64,000 nt of DNA from a virus: positions 1 to 64,000 of IMG/VR virus record IMGVR_UViG_3300008266_000033; one strand, written 5' to 3'. The notes beneath the pieces were generated by a model. It did no database searches and had not been told where the DNA came from. It worked only from the letters and a program-made list of their open reading frames with translations. Positions 53,614-61,430 of the stretch are shown piece by piece (position 1 is the first letter of the stretch; each line of letters starts with the position of its first letter). The translations under genes and the position numbers were made by a program.

Positions 53614-54182
53614 TAGTTATCACTGTTGAGTGTAGGAGGAGGTGGTAAGGGAGTAATAGTAATAGTTCCGTTTCCTGATCCTTGACACCCATTAACATCT
53701 ATAAAAGTAGCAGTTATAGGATAAACCCCAGGAGCTAATCCTGCAGGATTAAATGTATTACCTACCACACCAACTCCAGCCCAGGTAACTCCTGTTGGAT
53801 TAGAAATTAAAACAAATGGGTCTGAGTTTTGGCATACTACTTGATCTGTAACCACTATATTAAGTAGAGGAACTATAGTAATAGTACTAATACTAGATGA
53901 AGTACATCCGTCTGCATTAGTTACTGTTGTTTCTATATTATATACTCCAGGAGTATTCCAAGTTACTTGAATTTGATCCCCTCCTGAAATAGAGGTAAAA
54001 GGTTGAGCAGGTGTTATGGTAAATGAATATGTAAAAGTAGGATCAATTACTGATGGCCCGTAAATTACAGTAGAACCTACACATTTTTGCTGTCCATCAG
54101 CTACAAATGGAGTAGGAACTTGGGAAAAACCACTTACAGTAAATAGTATTAATGTAGATAATAACAGGAGAAGTTTTTTCAT
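53613..54182 (-). CDS. Secreted Ig/PKD-like protein
   Basis: Signal peptide; VTWNTPG.Y...DGC; FNPAGLAPGVYPIT...NGC. Confidence 0.8.
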   Translation of the reverse strand: MKKLLLLLSTLILFTVSGFSQVPTPFVADGQQKCVGSTVIYGPSVIDPTFTYSFTITPAQPFTSISGGDQIQVTWNTPGVYNIETTVTNADGCTSSSISTITIVPLLNIVVTDQVVCQNSDPFVLISNPTGVTWAGVGVVGNTFNPAGLAPGVYPITATFIDVNGCQGSGNGTITITPLPPPPTLNSDN

Positions 54183-54227
54183 AAATTTAATTTTGGTTAA
54201 TATTATATTGATAAATATATGTTGATT

Positions 54228-55592
54228 TTAATTCTGATCAGAATAAAGTATAACTGAAGGAAATGGTGTAACTATAATAGGTAATGGGACTGTTCTTGTA
54301 CAACCATTAAATGAAACTAAACTCAATTGGTATGTAGTATTACTTGATGGGGAAACAGTAATACTTTGTGTAGTTTGATTTCCTGGCATCCATAAATAAG
54401 ATTGATAACCATTAGGTGCAGTTAATGTTACAGTTTCTCCTACACATATAGTATCAGGATATGCATCTAAAAATGATTGTGAACATACAGCATCTATATA
54501 AGCATAACCATAGTGTGCACTTTGAGTACAATCTCCTGTAGTAAATTCAGCAGTAACTGCTTGTCCTATATAGTTATCTAAATCTACATTTACTGTACTC
54601 CAAGGTTTATATCTAACACCTGTACATGTAGTTGAGTTAAAAAATCCAGGTAAATTACCTGCTGCAGATACTACAAATTCTGAACATGGAATAACATTAC
54701 CATTTTGATCTCTTAGTAATGCTCTAAAAAAAGGTTGTTCATTAGATGTATGACCAGGATCTTCAAAAACTACAGCATAGCGATAGGTAAAACTATTGTT
54801 GCTTGGAGATACTATAAATGTTTGTGTTAATTGTTCTGCTTGAGAATTAACATTAGCGTCACCTAATCTAACAGAAAATGGTCCTCCTAATGGATCTACT
54901 CTTGGAAAACCACCACATGGATCATTTCCACCTGACATTATAGTATGTCTTCCATTAACTATACCTATTGCTGTTGCATCATAGTTTGGTGTTGGAGCAC
55001 CAATATATGCTCTTGTAGCTAAACCTGTTGTACCAAACCAACCATTAAAATTGTTACTACTAAAACCTATGTTAGTACAACTAGGTTGAGGTATTACTGG
55101 TGTAAACTGTATTCTTAAATCAAATTGAGAGCAGTTAGCAAAATAATTACCCCAAACATAGTTGTCTACTAACACATAGTAAGTTTGACCTGCTTGTAAA
55201 TATTCTACTATTGATGCATTAGCTGTTGATGGATTATATAATGCAAAACCCATACATGCTCCAAATGTTCCTGGACACGCATTAGATAATGTTATTACTG
55301 GATATGCAGTTCCTGTAGCTACTACATCATTTAGTAAGATACTTACATAACCATTTTGTGTAGGAGTGAAACTATATAACCAATCCTGACCTCCATAATA
55401 ATTACCTGTAGCTGTAAATATACAAGGATTAGCTCCTGTATAATCATTTCCGTCTCCACAAGTAGATTGATTATTACCAAAGAATGGTAGAGTTATAGGA
55501 TTAGCAGCTGCTCCAGCGCAAGTATTTGATCCCTGCGCTGAGAGCTTTGAGTAAGCAAATAGTGTAATAAATAGTAAAAGATACTTAAACAT
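54228..55592 (-). CDS. Secreted Bacteroidota adhesin-like protein (N-terminal domains of T9SS cargo)
   Basis: Signal peptide; AGQTYYVLVD, FSVRLG, YRYAVVFEDPGH...QPFF, HYGYAYID, SYLW...TTQSITV. Confidence 0.8.
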   Translation of the reverse strand: MFKYLLLFITLFAYSKLSAQGSNTCAGAAANPITLPFFGNNQSTCGDGNDYTGANPCIFTATGNYYGGQDWLYSFTPTQNGYVSILLNDVVATGTAYPVITLSNACPGTFGACMGFALYNPSTANASIVEYLQAGQTYYVLVDNYVWGNYFANCSQFDLRIQFTPVIPQPSCTNIGFSSNNFNGWFGTTGLATRAYIGAPTPNYDATAIGIVNGRHTIMSGGNDPCGGFPRVDPLGGPFSVRLGDANVNSQAEQLTQTFIVSPSNNSFTYRYAVVFEDPGHTSNEQPFFRALLRDQNGNVIPCSEFVVSAAGNLPGFFNSTTCTGVRYKPWSTVNVDLDNYIGQAVTAEFTTGDCTQSAHYGYAYIDAVCSQSFLDAYPDTICVGETVTLTAPNGYQSYLWMPGNQTTQSITVSPSSNTTYQLSLVSFNGCTRTVPLPIIVTPFPSVILYSDQN

Positions 55593-56303
55593 TTAATGTC
55601 TTATCCCAAGCTGAGATATGTAATCTTGTTAATCCTCTAAATTTATATTTTTTAGCCATCTCCAATGTAAACTGAGTACGCTCATGGAAATCTGTTTGAC
55701 TATCTAAACCAGGCATGCAAACTACATTTTTAAGTGGAATATTAAATGGCTCAATAAAGTCACGGAATATTTCCTTAACATCATCTTCAGTTGAAATAAC
55801 GAACTTAAATTGATAGTTTGAGTGTTCCATGATGCGTTTGATAGCATCAGGATTGATACGTTGTTTTTCAGCTAGACCTGAGTTGGATAGTTTAGGTGAG
55901 CAGTTGATTTGATGGCTTCTTGGTGTCCTTTAATTGTAGGTTCACCACCAGTCCAAATAATGTGGATAGTACCATTTTTAACATCCTCATAAATGCCTTG
56001 TTCTTTCCATTGATCGATTAGATATTGGAAGTCTTTTTCTTCACCTCTCCATAACCATTGAGATGTACTATCGCAGGTCCATGTGGCTTTACCTTCTAGC
56101 TCTAAATCACCTTTGAATATCTCCCCATCTTCTAATGATTTATCTTTCATTAGTTGATTGGCAAACTTACGAGACATACCGCAGGTTAAGTTACAGATTC
56201 CTAAGCGAACAAAGTATGAAGGAATACCCGTAGATATTCCCTCACCTTGTACACTATAAAAGTCTGAGCTTATTAATAGTTTATTTGGATTAATTGCGCT
56301 CAT
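55585..56303 (-). pseudogene. queE: 7-carboxy-7-deazaguanine synthase (radical SAM), split by internal deletion/frameshift near 55911
   Basis: 5' part: FYSVQGEG...FVRLGICNLTC...CDS...TGGEP. 3' part in another frame: QINCSPKLSNSG...QFKFV...MP...RLHI. The EIETNG segment is absent. Confidence 0.85.
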
Positions 56304-56995
56304 TAGAATACTAATTCAGGAGTTACTGTTTTTGGTTTAAAGTATGATTCTAAAAAACTTTTAGGGTAAAGTAAAACTTGACCTTTATATGTTTTAGTTT
56401 GAACTTCACGTACATTTATAGATACTTTAAGTTTAGTTGCTACTTCAGCAACCTTTTTACCTAGTTCACTACCTGCAGGACGTCCTAAATAATCATACAG
56501 TGATAACATTTCTTCTTTTTTTGTTGTATTTTGAGTTTCCATATAACTTGCTGAGTTTCTATCGTGTTCGTAAACTTCTACTTTTATGGCTCGTACACGG
56601 CCTTTTGTTTCTTCTTTTAAAAATCTATTAATTTGTCTATAAAGATATTCTGCAAAACGTTCACATCCTGTAGCAGGAAGTACTCGTAATTGAATAATAC
56701 CATCTTTATCCATTTGCACAAATTTATCTAGATATGGATCATCTGATGCTACAATTGTGGTATGATCAAGTAGATATGTAAAGAAATCTTTAGGTGATTT
56801 ACCTCCAATTTTATGTTTAGCACGCTTCATACCTCCAAAATCCCATACCCAGTTACGTTCATCTAGATCTCCTTCGAACCATACTCTAAAAGATACAGCA
56901 TATCCATGAAGATATTTACAATGAGTACTATCTGCTTTCCATTGACGAAAACATGTACTGAATCCATCAAATAATTTGGTTGATTGGAATTTCAT
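56303..56995 (-). CDS. queD: 6-carboxy-5,6,7,8-tetrahydropterin synthase with C-terminal extension
   Basis: HCKYLHGY, VWDFGG, LDHT, GCERFA, EVYEHDRNSA. Confidence 0.9.
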   Translation of the reverse strand: MKFQSTKLFDGFSTCFRQWKADSTHCKYLHGYAVSFRVWFEGDLDERNWVWDFGGMKRAKHKIGGKSPKDFFTYLLDHTTIVASDDPYLDKFVQMDKDGIIQLRVLPATGCERFAEYLYRQINRFLKEETKGRVRAIKVEVYEHDRNSASYMETQNTTKKEEMLSLYDYLGRPAGSELGKKVAEVATKLKVSINVREVQTKTYKGQVLLYPKSFLESYFKPKTVTPELVF

Positions 56996-56996
56996 A

Positions 56997-57275
56997 TTAG
57001 GAATTTCTTTGTTTTACGATATCAACAAATTCATCTAATGTTCTCCATTGAACTAGTTGATGATCAGCATCCATATCCTCAGGTTGATCTCGTACAACTT
57101 CTGCCAAAAGCATTTCGCCATTAGATGATTTACCAATTGCTACGAATCCAAAACCTTCACAAATGGTATTAACCATTGAATCAGGTTCAAGATTAGCAAA
57201 TTCTTCCAAAATGTCGAAATCCCAAGGGAGTTCAGAATCAAATGCTTCGCAGTACTGTCTTGAAAATTCTGCCAT
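56997..57275 (-). CDS. Hypothetical protein
   Basis: 92-aa ORF. Confidence 0.7.
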   Translation of the reverse strand: MAEFSRQYCEAFDSELPWDFDILEEFANLEPDSMVNTICEGFGFVAIGKSSNGEMLLAEVVRDQPEDMDADHQLVQWRTLDEFVDIVKQRNS

Positions 57276-57288
57276 AATTTTTAGTTGT

Positions 57289-57534
57289 TTAGTTTATAAA
57301 ATTGATTATTTCGTTTAACGTTTTAACTCCTGTAAATCTACGAATCTCTTGTTGATTATCCCCGACTAATACTACTGTAGGAATATTTCTTACTCCAAAT
57401 CTTTGAACCATTTCTGGTGATGAATCAACATCAATTTTGTTAATATTGATATGTTGTCCTACTTGTTCCATAATTGGACCTAGTGTTCTACATGGTCCAC
57501 ACCATCCTGCTGAAAAATATAATAATTGTTTCAT
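57289..57534 (-). CDS. Thioredoxin
   Basis: WCGPC, VRNIPT. Confidence 0.93.
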   Translation of the reverse strand: MKQLLYFSAGWCGPCRTLGPIMEQVGQHININKIDVDSSPEMVQRFGVRNIPTVVLVGDNQQEIRRFTGVKTLNEIINFIN

Positions 57535-57539
57535 TATGT

Positions 57540-58004
57540 TTAGTTTTTTATTTTTAAATAATCTTCTATGGTAATTTTAGTATTTCTTTCCAAATAATGA
57601 AATTCTCTATGACAATTTGAGCAGAGAGGAATACATTTTTCAATTTCTTTAAAAGTATCTTCTATAGATTTATATTGCCAAGCATTACCTATTGCTATAG
57701 ATTTGGTGGTAGGATCAATATGATGAAAATCTAAAAGATAATATCTAGTTTCTTTACATTTAGAACAGCATAATGTTTGTTTATATTCATTTACTGTTTC
57801 TTTATATTTTCGTTTAAATTCTTTTTGATATTCTCTCCATTGATCCTTATTCTTATTATAATTAGCTTTAGTAGTTTCTCTTACACATGCTTTACAATAA
57901 TATTCCCACCCATCTTTTTTACTTTTTCTATGATGCCAAAATTCTTCAGTTAATGGTTTATCACTATTACACTTAGTACAATGTTTTATCTCCATAATTG
58001 TCAT
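57540..58004 (-). CDS. HNH homing endonuclease
   Basis: CTKC...YCKAC zinc finger; CSKC...LDFHHIDP...KCIPLCSNCHREFH. Confidence 0.9.
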   Translation of the reverse strand: MTIMEIKHCTKCNSDKPLTEEFWHHRKSKKDGWEYYCKACVRETTKANYNKNKDQWREYQKEFKRKYKETVNEYKQTLCCSKCKETRYYLLDFHHIDPTTKSIAIGNAWQYKSIEDTFKEIEKCIPLCSNCHREFHYLERNTKITIEDYLKIKN

Positions 58005-58047
58005 TTATAATAAATATGTGACAATCCCTTAGAAATAATGGTCACTA

Positions 58048-58857
58048 CTATTTATTTTTCCATTTTTCTAAAATACTTTTAACATAAGTTTTAACAACAT
58101 CCCAACTTACTTCACCATTTTCATCTTCATATTGAATAGGGTCAGGATGACCTAGTTGAATAAATGCTTCGATACGTTCTACTGAAGATGCTGATTTATA
58201 GTCACTATTACCTGATGGGTATGGTTTATAACTTGTGTTAGTACGCCGGTATATTTCATTAAAATCTAATTCCAATTCTTGACATATTTCATACCCAGCT
58301 TCTAAGATAGAAGCTTTATCAATAAGTAAATAAGGAGTATAATAATTTACTTTCTCAGAACCCCAATTACCTAATTTAAATGCTTCTAAATCTGCATCTC
58401 TAAATTCAGGTCTACAGTCGGGGTAAACACTTTCGTCTCCTTTATGTATTCCCATTGCAACATCTACAAAGCAATTATGTTTTTCAGCAATAGATAAAGC
58501 AATAGCTTGAGTAATTGAACTAAAAATTTTATTGCGATTAGGTACTACTGTTGCTTTCATATTATCATCAGCATAGTGACCTTCAGGTACTTCATCACCT
58601 CCAGTTACTAATGTTGAATTTAATAATTGTGATAAACCATCTAGTTTAATTACTTGATATGTAATATCATTTTCAAAACCTTGAGATGTCAAATAATCTA
58701 TTAAAGATTGAGCTCGTTCTAACTCAACTTTATGTTTTTGACCATAGTCAAATGATACACACGTTACTTGATAATCATAATTTAATAGATGTAGCAATAA
58801 AGTGCTACTATCCATTCCACCTGAGAGTGATAGTACTGCTTGTTTCTTCATAGTCAT
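58048..58857 (-). CDS. queC: 7-cyano-7-deazaguanine synthase
   Basis: SLSGGMDSS, FDYGQKH, VVPNRN, YPDCRPEF. Confidence 0.93.
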   Translation of the reverse strand: MTMKKQAVLSLSGGMDSSTLLLHLLNYDYQVTCVSFDYGQKHKVELERAQSLIDYLTSQGFENDITYQVIKLDGLSQLLNSTLVTGGDEVPEGHYADDNMKATVVPNRNKIFSSITQAIALSIAEKHNCFVDVAMGIHKGDESVYPDCRPEFRDADLEAFKLGNWGSEKVNYYTPYLLIDKASILEAGYEICQELELDFNEIYRRTNTSYKPYPSGNSDYKSASSVERIEAFIQLGHPDPIQYEDENGEVSWDVVKTYVKSILEKWKNK

Positions 58858-59048
58858 TGTTTAATCAATTTATATTCATCAAGATACGATTTTTTTGCAA
58901 AGAATCCAAGATTAATTAAATCTTCCTGTGTAATAAAATCTCTATTATCCCATATTGTTTTTAGTATCTCAGCCAATTCAGTGTCATAAGGACGATTAAA
59001 TTCTGCTCGGGCTTTATTTCCTAAATAAATTGTTTTAACAGTATGCAT
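58854..59048 (-). CDS. Hypothetical protein
   Basis: 64-aa ORF. Confidence 0.6.
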   Translation of the reverse strand: MHTVKTIYLGNKARAEFNRPYDTELAEILKTIWDNRDFITQEDLINLGFFAKKSYLDEYKLIKQ

Positions 59049-59872
59049 TATAAGTTATTTAAGGTTTTAAAATAGAGTACATTTTGGTTTAAAAGATCAA
59101 GATTAATTAGAGATAAATCTATTTCCATAACATCATCAATTCTAGTTACTGGTTTAGTTTCTAATCCAAATTTAGTATATTCTAGTCCTTCAATTGAAGC
59201 CATGATAGGATTAGAAGTATCGATAGTACTAATAATATTTCTAATTTCTTTTTCATAAAACGAAAATTCTTGAGGTAATTGACATCCTAATAAATGAATA
59301 TTATCGTGTTCATCTAAAAATCCTAATTCAAATAACCAAGTTATAAATTCAATCCTTCCTAACATAGTTCTAACATGAGTATTTCTTTCACTATGAGGAG
59401 TACTATAATTAACCATATCTTTATACCAAGAAGCACCATAAGAGAAAGCAATCTTTTTGTATCCTAAATGGTTTTTATAAATAGAAAAACACTCTAATGC
59501 TTCTTCTTTACTATTACCTTGTACTACAGGAATAAAAACTGTATCAGGAAATTGTTCTTGATATTGAGACCAAGCTTTAGCTGATACTAATGATTGATTT
59601 TTATCTTGCCAGTAATCTGGGATAAAGAATTCTTGTGGTTTTAATTCTTCTAGCCAATATAATAATCGGTCTTTTGAATAGGGAGTTCCTAACTCGTGTA
59701 GTGAATTATCCATCATAATATGAATACCTTCATCTCTACATTTCAGAAAAAAATTTTTATATTCCTCATACTTATCCATTAAGTGAGGTAAGCAATATTG
59801 ATAATCGTTGTATTGTCTGCTATGTTCTAGCAAACACAGGGGTACTTCATGTGATGATTTAATTTTCTTCAT
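59048..59872 (-). CDS. TGT-fold protein, candidate DpdA-type DNA deazaguanine transglycosylase
   Basis: MMDNS, IPD, PVVQG, HLLG and IDTS are TGT-type motifs; lies close to queC. Confidence 0.65.
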   Translation of the reverse strand: MKKIKSSHEVPLCLLEHSRQYNDYQYCLPHLMDKYEEYKNFFLKCRDEGIHIMMDNSLHELGTPYSKDRLLYWLEELKPQEFFIPDYWQDKNQSLVSAKAWSQYQEQFPDTVFIPVVQGNSKEEALECFSIYKNHLGYKKIAFSYGASWYKDMVNYSTPHSERNTHVRTMLGRIEFITWLFELGFLDEHDNIHLLGCQLPQEFSFYEKEIRNIISTIDTSNPIMASIEGLEYTKFGLETKPVTRIDDVMEIDLSLINLDLLNQNVLYFKTLNNL

Positions 59873-59876
59873 ATTA

Positions 59877-60377
59877 TTATTTATTATTTAACCATTTTGG
59901 ATATTCACTAAACATTTCTTCTATTGTACCTTCAAATGTATCAATAAAATAATCAGTATCATACTTATTTCCACCAAAACTTCTCCTTAATTCTTTTTTT
60001 ATATCGTCTATACGAGCGGCTTCATCCAACTGCGCATCTTCGTATAATTTTTTCAAACGGCGATTATATGACGTTATAATGTCGCGTTCTTGTTGGTATA
60101 AGCTGTCACGGCCACCAGTATGTTGTTCTCTAAGTTTTAAAACATCCTCCATCATCCAATAATATTCATATTGAATTTGTTTCCAATATGGAGAATAATC
60201 AAAATCTCCATTTTTCATTTTATCTCTATATGAGGTAGAAACAGGGAGATTTTTATGTGTAGGATACCTACGCCACCAAATATAAACATTTGAGTTCCTG
60301 TTTGTTGGTTTTAAAGGAACTTTAACTGTAATAGTTTGGTTAAACTCAGTTTTTAGGGCTTCTATAACCTTATTCAT
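59877..60377 (-). CDS. Hypothetical protein
   Basis: 166-aa ORF. Confidence 0.7.
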   Translation of the reverse strand: MNKVIEALKTEFNQTITVKVPLKPTNRNSNVYIWWRRYPTHKNLPVSTSYRDKMKNGDFDYSPYWKQIQYEYYWMMEDVLKLREQHTGGRDSLYQQERDIITSYNRRLKKLYEDAQLDEAARIDDIKKELRRSFGGNKYDTDYFIDTFEGTIEEMFSEYPKWLNNK

Positions 60378-60414
60378 GATGTAAAGATAATAACTTGTTT
60401 TTATTAAAACCAGC

Positions 60415-61053
60415 TTAAGTATTTTTCCAGTTCATTTTTTGCTCATGTTCTCCAAAATAACCATTATTGTCTAGTAAAGTCATTTGGTGAAATCCTGCAA
60501 ACTTAATATTATTTTTATATAACCATTCTGTTAAACCAAATGGACCTATAGGTTCTGTTTTATGTATTTTTAATTCCTGAGTATGTGTATAGATTTCTCC
60601 ATCATACTTTAGGTCTGTTCTATTTTTACAGAAATTAATACATGATCCTAGTATATTAGGTTTACTTATTATAAAGGGGTCATCCATTAATTCTACTAAT
60701 TTACCATTTATTTGAATAGGATTATTATCTAAAATAGTTAGTATTAAATCATGATGCCCAAATTCAAAATCATTTAGTATTTTGATAAAAGGTATTTTCC
60801 ATTTTATATCAAAATCAGTATAAATTCCCCCAAACTTATGTAGAACTAAATATTTTAATAAATTACATCTACAAGCAAATGTTAAAGTTGACCAATATTC
60901 TAATAACTCGTATTCCTTTAATAAATCAAAACAGTCTTGATTTTTCCAAATTTGAAATTGAAAACTTGGATTTAAAGCAACACATTTTCGAAAATTGTTC
61001 AAATAAGGGATAGGTACTTCATCAGTACCTACCCAAATATAATGAACTATCAT
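60415..61053 (-). CDS. GT32-like DxD glycosyltransferase
   Basis: IVHYIWVG, LHKFGGIYTDFD. Confidence 0.85.
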   Translation of the reverse strand: MIVHYIWVGTDEVPIPYLNNFRKCVALNPSFQFQIWKNQDCFDLLKEYELLEYWSTLTFACRCNLLKYLVLHKFGGIYTDFDIKWKIPFIKILNDFEFGHHDLILTILDNNPIQINGKLVELMDDPFIISKPNILGSCINFCKNRTDLKYDGEIYTHTQELKIHKTEPIGPFGLTEWLYKNNIKFAGFHQMTLLDNNGYFGEHEQKMNWKNT

Positions 61054-61061
61054 AAAACTTA

Positions 61062-61412
61062 TTATGAATGTTCTCTTAGTTTATCCATTAATTGTTCAAT
61101 TTCGCCTTTATCTAAACCAAAATTATCTTTTATTGTTTCTATATCTTCTTTAGAAACAATACATTGTTCTGGGGTCCAGTTTTCTGAAAGAGCAGTAGTA
61201 TAAAGTGCATAGAAAAAATAAAAATTATTTAAAGGACTAAAATGAACATCTCCATTTGGATTTACATCAACATTCCAATAATCACATAACTCTACTAATT
61301 GATAAAATTTTTTATATTCATCAGAGTTAACAATATAATTTATTGGTCTATTAATCTTAATCTCTTTTTGTAGTTCTTCTTTAATGATTTTTTGAAGTTC
61401 AGATTTTTTCAT
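61062..61412 (-). CDS. Single-module EIK-motif protein with leader MKKSELQKIIKEELQKE-IKINRP
   Basis: Same EIK[IV]xxP motif as the 2.7-10 kb array; TATTTAT motif at 61424-61430. Confidence 0.75.
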   Translation of the reverse strand: MKKSELQKIIKEELQKEIKINRPINYIVNSDEYKKFYQLVELCDYWNVDVNPNGDVHFSPLNNFYFFYALYTTALSENWTPEQCIVSKEDIETIKDNFGLDKGEIEQLMDKLREHS

Positions 61413-61430
61413 ACTATTTTATCATAAATA

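Noticed and set aside
12480-60115. Apparent ~24-kb periodicity of CpG patches (12.5, 36, 60 kb)
   Set aside because: Additional patches at about 1.5, 40 and 41.7 kb break the period; too few points to support it.
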